From Octopus sinensis (Eukaryota), in the NCBI RefSeq assembly GCF_006345805.1, contig NC_042999.1, positions 13,144,001-13,208,000 on the forward strand: DNA of 64,000 nucleotides. Reading direction: 5' to 3'. Numbering within the stretch: the first letter of the stretch is position 1; every line of letters starts with the position of its first letter. Made by a program: the position numbers and the translations under genes. Below the pieces are notes generated by a model. That model saw only the letters and a list, made by a program, of their open reading frames with translations. It did no database searches and had not been told where the DNA came from. This document shows, one piece after another, positions 25,085-37,395 of this stretch.

Positions 25085-25262
25085 AGAGGCAGCAGCTGGA
25101 GGGAGAAGGAGAGGCTGGAAGGAGAGGAAGAGGCTAGAGGAAGAGGCTGGAGGAAGAGGAAGAGATAGAGAGGCTGGAGGGAGAAGGAGAGGCTGGAAGG
25201 AGAGGAAGAGGCTGGAGGAAGAGGAAGAGGCAAGAGGAAGAGATAGAGAGGCTGGAGAGAGA
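25085..25262 (+). repeat. Purine-rich low-complexity tract with internal duplication
   Basis: gagggagaaggagaggctggaaggagaggaagaggc occurs twice. Confidence 0.85.
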
Positions 25263-25678
25263 ATTGGGTAATGAGTAAAAACAATCTAACCATCTTGCAT
25301 CATACGCTACGTGTTGCCTTTCCAGATGATCATGCTGTTGCAATCACTGTGGCTGCTTGCATAAGCTACACTTTATTGCACTTTTTGTTGCAGGCAATTC
25401 TTTTATTTTTTTATTTTTATTTATTTTTTTTGTTTTTTGTTTTTTTTATTTTTATTTATTTTTTTGTTTTTTGTTTTTTGTTTTTTTGTTTTACTACTGC
25501 ACAAATACAAAAGCAACAGCGACAGCTAAAAATATGATTGTGGACAACATTCAGTTCAGCTGCCGCAGGTAGCTAGTAACGTTTGTATAACTCATAGCAA
25601 ACGCGAGGGTAGAACAATCTCAGAACGCATCACAGTCACCCTGTCAAAAGAAAACAAAACAAAACAAAAAAAATATAC

Positions 25679-25844
25679 AGGCGTAGGAGTGGCTGTGTGG
25701 TAAGTAGCTTGTTTACCAACCACATGGTTCCGGGTTCAGTCCCACTGCGTGGCACCTTGGCCAAATGTCTTCTACTATAGCATCGGGCCGACCAAGGCCT
25801 TGTGAGTGGATTTGGTAGACAGAAACTGAAAGAAGCCCGTCGTA

Positions 25845-25875
<31 letters not shown>

Positions 25876-26100
25876 GCATGTGTGTGTTTGTGTGAGTGTG
25901 TTTTGTCCCCCTAGCATTGCTTGACAACCGATGGTGGTGTGTTTATGTCCCCGTTACTTAGCGGTTCGGCAAAAGAGACCGATAGAATAAGTACTGGGCT
26001 TACAAAAAGAATAAGTCCCGGGGTCGAGTTGCTCGATTAAAAAAAAAAAAAAAAGGCAGTGCTCCAGCATGGCCGCAGTCAAAGTAAAAGAGTAAAGAGT
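25679..26100 (+). mobile_element. SINE-B, full length, young-looking
   Basis: tatacag repeated at 25674-25680 and 26100-26106 (probable TSD). Confidence 0.9.
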
Positions 26101-26789
26101 ATACAGAACGGTAGAACAAACAGCAAAAAGAAACAAAAAAAAAGAAACTAAAGGTAGTTTGGCATTAAGTTAACTGTCTGACATCTAATTTAGTTTGACT
26201 GTGTACTGACAACATTTCCTTAATAGTGGAGTGGAGTTGAGTGTTCGTATCTAATAATGACCGTTTTTAAAAAAATCTTCCACCGAATAACTTAACCTCA
26301 CCTGAGCTATTTTACTAGTGAAGTCTGTTGGCAGGTGTTCAGGTGGAAGACCTTACCTGAGCTATGCTAGAAAGTAGTAATTTATCGAAGGGAAAAGTAA
26401 AACAACAGTAAAAAGAATAATGTGGATAAAACAAAAGAAATATAATAAAAGAAGCTAAAGAAACTAAAAAAAAAAATGATAGAAAATAAAAAAAAAAAGC
26501 AAAACTAATTAAAATGTTTCTGTGGTTCCGTGGTGTAATTTTGGTTACTGCTTATGCGGAGATCTTGGTATAAAGGACTTTTGTTTAGTGTGGAATTGGA
26601 AATGTGATTGAAGTAGGTCACTGTTAATATTACTGAACACTATACTACCACTATCACCAACACACCACCACTACTACTACCAATACTACCACTCTATCAC
26701 TATCCTTATCGGCATCATTGTTTTTTTTATCAGTTTTATCTGTTACAGTGAAGTTTTGTATTTATATCTTGGATAAAATATTTCAGATG

Positions 26790-27628
26790 CAAGGCGGGAA
26801 GCTGGCAGAAATGTTAGCACGCTGGGCGAAATGCATAGCCGTATTTCATCTGCGTTATGTTCTGAGTTCAAATTCTGCCGAGGTCAACTTTGCCATTCAT
26901 CCTTTCGGGGACGATTAAATAAGTACCAGTTACGCACTGGGGTCGATGTAATCGACTTAATCCGTTTGTCTGTCCTTGATTTTCCTCTCTGTTTAGCCCC
27001 TTGTGGGTAGTAAAGAAATAGGTATTTCGTCTGCCGTTACGTTCTGAGTTCAAATTCCGCTGAGGTCAACTTTGCCTTTCATCCTTTCGGGGTCGATTAA
27101 ATAAGTACCAGTTATGCACTGGGGTCGATATAATTGACTTAATCTGTTTGTCTTTCTTTGTTTGTCCCCTCTGTGTGTAGCCCTTTGTGGGCAGTAAAGA
27201 AATAAGGAACGTTAGCACGCCAGGTGCAATACTTTGTGGTATTTCATCTGTCTTTATGTTCTGAGTTCAAATTCCGCCGAGGTCAACTTTGCCTTTCATC
27301 ATTTCAAGGTCAATAAATTCAGTACTAGTTACATACTGGGGTCAATCTAATCGATTGGCTTCCACTGTCCCCCAAAATTTAGAGCCTTGTGCCCAGAGCA
27401 GAAAGAGTATTTAAGGCGGTGAGCTGGCAGAAACATTAGCACGTTGGGCGAAATGCGTAGCCGTATTTCGTCTGCCGTTACGTTCTGAGTTCAAATTCCA
27501 CCGAGGTCAACTTTGCCTTTCATCCTTTCAGGGTGAATAAATTAAGTACCAGTTGCGTACTGGGGTCGATATAATCGACTGACCACCTTCCCCAAAATTT
27601 CGGGCATTTTGCTTAGAGTAAAAAAGAA
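26790..27628 (+). mobile_element. SINE-A multimer (head + 2 units + partial head + alt-tail unit) followed by another alt-tail monomer
   Basis: Same architecture as 19694-20310; second head at ~27413. Confidence 0.85.
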
Positions 27629-28074
27629 TATATTTCATGCACATAAGTGTAAGTACTTAGAATATAAGAATACACACACACACATATATACACATATACT
27701 CACACATGTATATGAGGGGGTGATGGAAAGTTCCTGGTTTTAAGGATATTGTGAAAGGCCTGGTTGGAAACCCAACTTTTCAAGTTCTTTTACAGGGCTT
27801 AGCAAAACTAAAGGACCACTGCAATAAGCATGTGAATCTGAGAGGGGAACATGTCGAATAAAATCATAATTAACTGATTCTCCTGTGTTTTCTTGTATTC
27901 AAAACCAGGAATTTCTCAGCGTCCCCTCGTATTTGTCAATCATCATCATTCTAACATTAATTTTCCCATGCTTACATGAATGAGACAGAATTTGCTGCCA
28001 ATCCTTACCAGTTACCATGCAGGAAACATGAGGATTATTCTTCATGGCTTGATATCATTATTACCATCATCATC

Positions 28075-28300
28075 ATCATCATCTAATGTCAGCTTTCCAT
28101 GTTGGCATGGGTTGGACAGTTCAACAAGCCAGAAGACTGTACATCACCAGTGTCTGCATTGGTATGGTTTCTGTTGCTGGATGCCATTCCTAACATCAAC
28201 CATTTTACAGAGTGAACTAAGTGCTTTTCATGTTGTACTGGCACCAGTGAAGTTACCAGATAATTCACAAGACACCTGTACTTTTTATATGGCACCAGCA
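28075..28300 (-). mobile_element. Degenerate RTE-clade LINE 3' end
   Basis: catcatcatctaatgtcagctttccatgttggcatgggttggac. Confidence 0.7.
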
Positions 28301-28351
28301 TGAAACGATCATACTGCATTACCCCTGGATATCCTTGTTGTTTATTTTGAT

Positions 28352-28385
<34 letters not shown>

Positions 28386-28665
28386 GAGGTGCAATGGCCC
28401 AGTGGTTTGGGCAGCAGACTTGTGGTCGTAGGATCGCGGTTTCAATTTCCAGACCAGGCGTTGCAAGTGTTTATTGAGCGAAAACATCTAAAGCCTTTCA
28501 GTTTCCTTCTACCAAATTCACTCACAAGGCTTTGGTTGGCCCGAGGTTATAGTAGAAGACACTTACCCAAGGTGCCATGCAGTGGGACTGGCCCCAGAAC
28601 CATGTGGTTCATAAGCAAGCTACTGGCCACACAGCCACTCCTACGCCTATATACATATATATATG

Positions 28666-28712
<47 letters not shown>

Positions 28713-28891
28713 GAGACCCCATTTGGTCATGATGCCATGGGATTGCACTTAGAAAGTTACCCTCCGAGGTACAAGGTTTGGTGGAGATTTCAATTCAGAA
28801 CTTATGGAAACAAGACATTTGTACTACAGAGCCAGAGCCGGTTTCAGCTGGGCTGGTGACAAAAGGGTTAAAAATATCATGGTGACTTTAA

Positions 28892-29113
28892 CCCTTTTGT
28901 TGCCATATTTCTGTTGAGATCCTCTGTTTCTTTCAATTAATTTTAAATATAACAAAGGATTTAGTAAAATAACTTCGTTATCATTAAGCTAGTGTAAGGA
29001 ACATAAATTGTGACTAAGGTTTGGTGGAAGATTTTAATTAAGAACTTATGAAATCAAGGCATTTGTACTACACAGAGCCTGATGCAGTTTCAGTCGGGTT
29101 GGTAACGAAAGGG
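28892..29113. mobile_element. piggyBac-type non-autonomous element
   Basis: TTAA|CCCTTTTGTTGCCA...TGGTAACGAAAGGG|TTAA; partial copy at ~28775-28871; homologous to 46258-46480. Confidence 0.85.
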
Positions 29114-29544
29114 TTAAGGGTACATATGTCTGTGGAATGCTCAGCCACTTGTACGTTAATTTCATGAGCAGGATGTTCTGATGATTCGATCAACTGGAAC
29201 ACTTGTTGTTGTAACTGATGGAAAGTCGTACCGTTTGCCGATTCCAACCACAAATATTTAGTCAGCCTGGAGCTGTTGAAGAAGACACTTGTCACAGTGT
29301 GGGACTGAACCCAAGCTCACAGGGTTGGAAATCAAGCTTCTCAACCACATAGGCACGCCTGCACATGCATACATACATACACGCACACATTCTGTTATGC
29401 ACACATACTCACTTTCACATACATATGTACATACATTCACATACACACGCTCATACACACACATATATGGGAACACATTCTAAGACACACACATGCACAC
29501 AGATTTGCACTCATTCTGTTATGCACTCACTTTGACATACATAC

Positions 29545-29750
29545 TCTTACTCTTTTACTTGTTTCAGTCATTTGACTGTGGCCATGCTGGAGCACCGCCT
29601 TTAGTCGAGCAACTCGACCCCGGGACTTATTCTTTGTAAGCCCAGTACTTATTCTATCGGTCTCTTTTGCCGAACCGCTAAGTGACGGGGACGTAAACAC
29701 ACCAGCATCGGTCGTCAAGCAATGCTAGGGGGACAAACACAGACACACAA

Positions 29751-29799
<49 letters not shown>

Positions 29800-29963
29800 T
29801 ACGACAGGCTTCTTTCAGTTTCCGTCTACCAAATCCACTCACAAGGCATTGGTCGGCCCGGGGCTATAGCAGAAGACACTTGCCCAAGGTGCCACGCAGT
29901 GGGACTGAACCCGGAACCATGTGGTTGGTTAGCAAGCTACTTACCACACAGCCACTCCTGCGC
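29545..29963 (-). mobile_element. SINE-B, full length
   Basis: Close to the consensus of the other copies. Confidence 0.9.
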
Positions 29964-30735
29964 CTATACATATGCATATACATGCACAAACACACACACA
30001 CATACATATATGCATTCACACCCTCTCTCATTGGCATGCACACACAAACACACATACACACACATATGCATACACACCCTCTCTCATCAGCACACACACA
30101 CAAACACATACACACACACACACTCACACACACATGTTTGTGTGCTTAAATAGCAAAACAGACCCTTTTATTCCTCTTTTTTCCCTAAAATTGAATATTC
30201 TGTTCCTCAGACAATTAACAAATAGTCTAAGCACTTTACATTCTCACTTTCCTTCTCTAAGATGGAACGGCAGAGGGGGGGGGGCAGTAAAAGAAGGAAT
30301 TATTTCTCCAAGTTGTGCACAGAATAATCTTTTCTCTCTCTCTCTCCCTACCGCCCTTGTTTCCTGTTTCCCTCCCTCTCTTTCTACCATTCCCTTCCCC
30401 TCCCGCCATGACTATCACCATCAGCCACTTAAAGAAAAGAAAATGTCTTGATTGTTGTCTAAATGAAAGACTACTTACGACCATTTGCAAGAACAAAAAT
30501 TAACCAATGCCTGATCTAATTCGCTTTGTCGTTATAATGAGCCAATGAGAACATTCATTAAAAGTATGTGTCTGATGAATGAAGCAGACGAGTGTCGGAA
30601 ATGCTGTCTTTAAACAGAGTCACTCAAATTTAGTTCAACAACATTGTTTTGTTGGGGTTTTTATTTTTGGTGGGGTGGGGGATTTTTTTTTTCTTCACAG
30701 AATTCTTTTTGACTGTGACTTTTATCACTTATGTA

Positions 30736-30940
30736 TGACATCATCATCATCATGACTGTCATCATCGGATCTATTATTACCATCATCATCATTATTATTA
30801 CTGACATCATCATCACCATCACTACCACCATCACCATTCTTACCACCACCATCATCATCACCATTGCCATTATATCCGCCATTGCCATCATCATCATCGC
30901 CATCACCATCACCACTACCATCACCATTATCATCATTATC
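30736..30940. repeat. (CAT)/(CAC) trinucleotide low-complexity tract
   Basis: Direct inspection. Confidence 0.9.
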
Positions 30941-31361
30941 AAGTGGTTGGCATTTGGAAGGGCATCCAACTGTGGAAACCTTGCCAAAACTGACCTCACC
31001 TGTGCTTGTGCCATGTAAAAAAGGCACTAAGTCCATTCTGCTGAATGGTTGGCACTAAGAAGGGCATCCAGCTGTAAAAATCTTGCCAAAGCAGTGACAG
31101 AAGTCTGGTGCAAGCTCTTGTCAGGCCATTCCACCCATGCCAACATGGAAGACGGACTTTAAACAATAACAATGATGAAGGTGTATGTGTGAAGGTATGT
31201 ACCCTTGTGGTTAGGATGCTGCACACGTGATTGCTTGACCATGGGTTCAATTCACAGACCAAGCAGCATGTTGTGTTCTTGAACAAAACGTTCCACTTCA
31301 TGTAGATCCGGTTACACTGCCACAGAATAAGAAGGAATGTTGGCCTGCTCCCCTAGCCAGC

Positions 31362-31518
31362 TGTGTGGTAAGTAGCTTGCTTACCAACCACATGGTTCTG
31401 GGTTCAGTCCCACTGTGTGACACCTTGGGCAAGTGTCTTCTACTATAGCTTCGGGCCGGCCAAAGCTTTGGGAGTGGATTTGGTAGATGGAAACTGAAAG
31501 AAGCCAGTCGTATATATG

Positions 31519-31560
<42 letters not shown>

Positions 31561-31741
31561 CCCAACATCGCTTGACAACATGCTGGTGTGTTTACATCCC
31601 CCGTAACTTAGCGGTTCAGCAAAAGAGGCCGATAGAATAAGTACTAGACTTACAAAGAAAAAATCCTGGGGTCGATTTGCTTGACTAAAAAGGGTGGTGC
31701 TCCAGCATGGCTGCAGTCAAATGACTGAAACAAGTAAAAGA

Positions 31742-31742
<1 letters not shown>
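31362..31742 (+). mobile_element. SINE-B
   Basis: gctgtgtggtaagtagcttg...gaaacaagtaaaagag. Confidence 0.88.
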
Positions 31743-31782
<40 letters not shown>

Positions 31783-32498
31783 TATAATGCTAAGCAATTT
31801 TTGAGATCATTTTGAAAGATAATACATTCATGAAACAATCGTAAGATATCTGAAATCTTTTTAAATAATCATAGTTATACTTTATTTATTCATTTATACA
31901 ATACTTTTTGTATTACAGATGTGTCACTATTTTGAGATTTATAATGTAATTTTTCCTGCTTTTACTTTCTACTATACATATGTATGCATCTATGTCACTA
32001 TATTTTGTGGTGCGCAAATAAATTCTCACTTAGACAGACTAATGACCAACTAATAACTATTAGTATTGCCTCAATAGCAAATGTAACACTCTCTACTCAT
32101 GCCATTCCTTCATAAATGTCACAAGCCAATCAATGGTGAAATATGAGGAATAGCTCCATAATGAAATTATCCTGTGTTCATTTACATCTACGACACGGCC
32201 TCACACTTTGTTCTTTTTCTCTTTGTGTTGTATCTTTTATGTGTAATCTATAGCTGTTAATTACTACCTAATAGCATTCATCAACTCTCTCAGGCAAGAC
32301 AAATAAATGTGGAGCTGCACTCTATATACTTCTTGTGCTTTGTTACATAATAATTACATCAGAAAAAAATTGTTGATCTAATATTAAACAATAAGTTAAC
32401 AAATGAAACTGGAGGAATTTTATTTTGTCTCTCTACGCCTAGTCAGTAATTTAGTCTTTTTCTGCGACACCATTATTCGAGCAATTGTTATCCACCCT

Positions 32499-33449
32499 AA
32501 GGTGGGGAGCTGGTAGAAACGTTAGCATGCCAGGTGAAATGCTTAGTGGTATTTCATCTGCCGCTATGTTCTGAGTTCAAATTCTGCCGAGGTCGACTTT
32601 GCCTTTCATCCTTTCGGGGTCGATAAGTTAAGTACCAGTTACACACTGGGGTCGATGTAATCGACTTAATACCTATGTCTGTCCTTCTTTGTCCCCTCTA
32701 TGTTTAGCCCCTTGTGGGTAATAAAGAAATAGGTATTTCATCTGCTGTTACGTTCTGAGTTCAAATTCCACCGAGGTTGACTTTGCCTTTCATCCTTTCG
32801 GGGTCGATAAATTAAGTACCAGTTACACACTGAGGTCGAGGTAATTGACTTAATACCTATGTCTGTCCTTGTTTGTCCGCTCTATGTTTAGCCCCTTGAG
32901 GGTAGTAAAGAAATAGGTTTTTCGTCTGCCGTTACGTTCTGAGTTCAAATTCTGCCGAGGTCGACTTTGCCTTTCATCCTTTCAGGGTCAGTTAAATAAG
33001 TACCAGTTACATACTGGGATTGATATAATCGACTTAATCCATTTGTCTGTCCTTGTTTGTCCTCTCTGTGTTTAGTCCCTTGTGGGTAGTAAAGAAATAG
33101 GTATTTCGTCTGTCGTTACGTTCTGAGTTCTAATTCCGCCAAGGTCGACTTTGCCTTTCATTCTTTCAGGGTCACTTAAATAAGTACCAGTTACTCACTG
33201 GGGTCGAAATAATCGACTTAATCCGTTTGTCTGTCCTTGTTTGTCCAGTCTGTGTTTAGCCCCTTGTGGGTAGTAAAGAAATAGGTATTTCATGTCTTTA
33301 CATTCTGAGTTCAAATTCCGCCAAGATCAACTTTGCCTTTCATACTTTCAGGATCGATAAAGTAAGTACTGGTTGCATACTGGGGTTGATCTAATCGACT
33401 GGCTCCCTCCCCCAAAATTTCGGGCCTTGTACCTAGAATAGAAAAGAAC
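32499..33449 (+). mobile_element. SINE-A array: head + 4 x 184 bp units + terminal alt-tail unit
   Basis: Unit starts 32548, 32732, 32916, 33100, 33284; TSD tgttatccaccct at 32486-32498 and 33450-33462. Confidence 0.9.
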
Positions 33450-33741
33450 TGTTATCCACCCTGGTTACTCCCACTCATTCTTCTATAATATGACTAGCGA
33501 TTTAGTTCCTCTACAGCAGAAAAAAGTTTTTCTGTTCTGGTTCCTACTTTCATGCTTTGATCTATCATTTAGCAAGGAACCAGCTCCCTCTCTACAGTAA
33601 TCTCAGCAAGTCAAAGGAAATCTTAGTTTTATGAGGTGCGTGGTAACCTCAAATTAACCCCAAACTAATACAGCTTGTTTGTTGCTCCTTCACCTGTCTC
33701 TGTCTTTTGGTTTTCTTCACTTTGGACCTCATATATGTATG

Positions 33742-33905
33742 TATTTGTGAAAGGGGACAACAAACACCAAGGCCTAACAAGCATCACAAGTCATATACAT
33801 TAGTTTATATTATTCTTAAATTAGAAAATTAGAATAATAGAAAATAATGGATATGACTTGAGATGCTTGTTATGCCTCAGCGTTTGTTGTCCTCTTTCAC
33901 AAATA
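33742..33905. repeat. Imperfect foldback, ~70 bp arms
   Basis: tatttgtgaaaggggacaacaaac...caagtcatat / atatgacttg...gtttgttgtcctctttcacaaata. Confidence 0.8.
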
Positions 33906-34060
33906 TATATCTGCTAATTCAGAAACCTAAAATAGATCCATAGCTCCCATCTCAATTACAAGCTGGGAATCCTGATAATCTGTTACAACACTTACCTGGT
34001 GTACCTATTTATTTACACTACCAATGAACTAAACCCCCATATTCTATATATATATATATA

Positions 34061-34096
<36 letters not shown>

Positions 34097-34559
34097 AGAA
34101 TTTTTTGTGTAATGAGATAAAAAAACCAAGGATGCGTAGATATTAGAGCTTTTATAGATAGAAGGACTTACAGCTGTTTCTAGGATATTTATCAATTATA
34201 TCCCTTCATTGGAGACGGTGTGAGAGGATAGTTAGAACCAACATAGAACCAATGTTGAACCCTTTATTCACAAAATTACCGAATCTGGAACTTAACTTAT
34301 TCAGCATTACCTGACACCTTTGGGTCTCAATGACACCATTATCACTTATATATATATATATATATATAAATAATTGAAACATGCTTGTTCTTTTCTCTTT
34401 ATTTTTCTCTTCTTCTCACCTATTCTTGTTGTACCAGACCTTAGGCTTGAAACATTAGAAACTTCTTCCAATTTTCCCTAGGGTCAACCTAAAAAAGCCA
34501 GTTTGGTTTGCTTTTCTTTTACTTCATCTTTGCTTTTTTTTATTTATTTATTTATTTTG

Positions 34560-34775
34560 TGTGTGTTTGTGTGTCTGTGTTTGTCCCCCTAGCATTGCTT
34601 GACAACTGATGCTGGTGTGTTTATGTCCCCGTTACGTAGCGGTTCGGTAAAAGAGACTGATAGAATAAGTACTGGGCTTACAAAGAATAAGTCCCGATGT
34701 CGATTTGCTCGACTAAAGGCGGTGCTCCAGCATGGCCGCAGTCATTTGACTGAAACAAGTAAAAGAGTAAAAGAG
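34560..34775 (+). mobile_element. SINE-B 3' half
   Basis: Matches the B 3' module with (gtaaaaga)n tail. Confidence 0.85.
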
Positions 34776-35159
34776 AATCAAATCATTATTATTTCATCAG
34801 TCAAATCATTATTATTATTTCAGCAATCAAATTTTAACACACAAAACAAAATTGAATATATCAGACATATTCTGACTAATGTTTAAGCTGTTTCTTTTAT
34901 GCCGTGTAAGCAACACAGATAAATATTTTAAAGTACATGTCACATATCAATATTGATCTCTAAAACCTTTCATGGAAGAAAAGTTTCATTCTGTTTCAAA
35001 CATCATCATGGTAGCAATCTATATTAATTAATTAAACATTATTTTTAATTAATAGATTCATTAAAAGTTCTTTTTCTAAAATTAATTTCTGCTTTAACTC
35101 TCAGTCATATCAATCATTGTGATTTTAATCACATGAGTCTAATTGTATGCATTGATTCA

Positions 35160-35650
35160 TCATCATCATTATCATCATTGTTTAACGTCTGCTTTCCATG
35201 CTGGCATGGGTTGGATGATTTGACTGAGGACTGGCGAACCAGATGGCTGCACCAGACTCCAATCTGATTTGGCAGAGTTTCTACAGCTGGATGCCCTTCC
35301 TAACGCCAACCACTCCAAGAGTGTAGTGGGTGCTTTTTACGTGCCACTGGCACAAGAGCCAGTCTGGCGGTACTGGCAACAGCCACACTTGAAATGGTGT
35401 TTTTTATGTGCCACCTGCACAGGAGCCAGTCCAGCAGCACTGGCAACGACCTCGCTCGAATGTGTTTTCATGTACCACCGGCACAAGTGCCAGTGAGGCA
35501 ACAGCGCTGGTAACGATCAGGCTCGAATGGTGCTTTTTACATGCCACGACATGGAAGCCAGTTAGCTGCTCTGGCAACGATCACGCTCGGATGGTGCTCT
35601 TAGCACTCCACTAGCACGGATGCCAGTCATTGAATTTGATTTCGATTTCA
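35160..35650 (-). mobile_element. RTE-clade LINE 3' UTR with minisatellite units
   Basis: catcatcatt...gtttaacgtctgctttccatgc, then repeated ggtgcttttacgtgccac...ggcaacgaccgctcgaat units. Confidence 0.85.
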
Positions 35651-35808
35651 TGAAAGTGTTAAATGCTGACAAAGACAACAATGCCATCACTGCTTCCAAT
35701 ATTTGCAGTGGTGGTCACAACTTTTCCTTCATTTATTTATTTTTATTTATCCTTTTGTTTTGTTCTCCCACCCTATTCTAACATTTTTTTTTCTCTCTTC
35801 CTTTGCAG

Positions 35809-36060
35809 ATCATGGAGCCAAATTCATTGAATGAAAATAAAATATTGCATCCGACAATTGAACCGAACCGGCTATCAGCATCTTTATTTATTTATTATTA
35901 TTTTTTTTTTTTTGTTCCATCTCGTGAAGAACATCAACAATATCATGAACTGAGAAGTTTGATTTCTGTTGCTGAAAGATGATGATTTCAAAGTAGATGG
36001 TTGTGAGGGAGTCAAGAATTTTTGAAGAATCAACAAATATGTTGGATTACTGACTGTCAG
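35809..36060 (+). other. Candidate non-coding (UTR or lncRNA) exon of an unidentified host gene
   Basis: Branch-like CTAAC (35778-35782), long pyrimidine tract, TTGCAG| acceptor; possible donor CAG|gttagg at 36060 or TAG|gtatac at 36065; no frame is open throughout. Confidence 0.45.
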
Positions 36061-36098
36061 GTTAGGTATACGTGTATCTGTACATATATATATATATA

Positions 36099-36144
<46 letters not shown>

Positions 36145-36339
36145 GTTGTAAAGGTTTGGTTTCTTTGAGTAACTGTGAGAGAAAAAATTGTTTTAAAAAT
36201 TACAAATGGTTATTGTGTTAATCTCTGAGACAAACTTCAGACATTGTTGCTTTTATGATGGTGGGGTGGGGAATTAAATATAGTTATTGTTATTTATTAT
36301 TCTTATGATTATTATTATTATTGTTGTTATTATCATAAA

Positions 36340-37395
36340 GGCAGTTCATTGGCAGAATCAGTAGAGTCAGATAAAAAAATTATGTGGTATTTAGTTACGG
36401 CCCTTTACGTTCAGAGTTCAGATTCCACCAAAGTTGACTTCACTTTTCATTCATCCGGGGTCTATAAAAATATCAGTGAATTATTAGGGGTCAATGTCAT
36501 CAACTAGCCCTTTCCCCTCAAATTTGCTGGCCTTGTATCTAAATTATAAACAATCATTATTATTGTTATTATTATTATTAAAGGCAGCAAGCTGGCAGAA
36601 TCGTTAGCATACCAGGCAAAATGCTTAACAGAATTTTGTTTGTCTTTATGTTCTGAGTTCAAATTCTGCTGAGATCAATATTACCTTTCATCCTTTCAAG
36701 ATCAATAAAATGAGTACCAGTGAAATACTGGGATTGATGTAATTGACTAACCCCATCCCCTCAAATTTCAGGCCTTGTGAAAAGATTATTATTATTATTG
36801 GCAATATCTTTAGGATGTTGGACAAAATACCTCACAGTATTTTTTTCTGCTCTTTGAGGTAACAGTTCAATCCTCTCCACGGTCAACGTTGCCTTTCATC
36901 CTTCCAGGATTGATAAAACAAAGTACCAGTTGAATACTGGGATCGATATAGTTGATTGTTCTCTCCCACAAAATGTCTGGCCTTGTGCCTATTTAAGACG
37001 TTATTACCATTATTGAGGCAGTGAGCTGGCAGAATTGGTAACACACCAGGCAAAATGCTTGGCGGCGTTTCATGTCTTTACATTCTGAGGTCAAATGCTG
37101 TTGAACTTGACTTCGCGTATCATCCTTTCAGGGTCAATAAAATAAGTACCAGTTATGCATTGGGGTCAATGTAATCAACTTACCCCACTCTCCCAAACTT
37201 ACTGGTCTTGCACTAAAATTTGAAACTATTGTTATAACTATTATTATTGTTCAATGACTATTCCACCGAGGTCAACTTTGCCTTTAATCCTTTCAGGGTC
37301 GATAAATTAAGTACCAGTGAAATACTGGGGTCAATGTAATCAACTAGTCCCCTCCTTCAAAATTTCAAGGCCTTGTGCCTTCAGTAGAAAGGATT
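36340..37395 (+). mobile_element. Cluster of about five degenerate SINE-A alt-tail copies separated by (ATT)n
   Basis: Repeated aggcag...ctggcagaat...gttctgagttcaaattc...ggccttgt motifs. Confidence 0.8.

Noticed and set aside
30566-30615. Hammerhead (CTGATGA...GAAA)
   Set aside because: No convincing stem I, II or III pairing.
30661-31036. Acidic D/G-rich or M/V-rich ORFs
   Set aside because: Translations of a (CAT)/(CAC) tract merged with an RTE fragment.
33975-34010. 9 nt minus-strand microexon aaatag|GTACACCAG|gtaagt
   Set aside because: The donor is strong, but there is no pyrimidine tract upstream; such matches are expected by chance.
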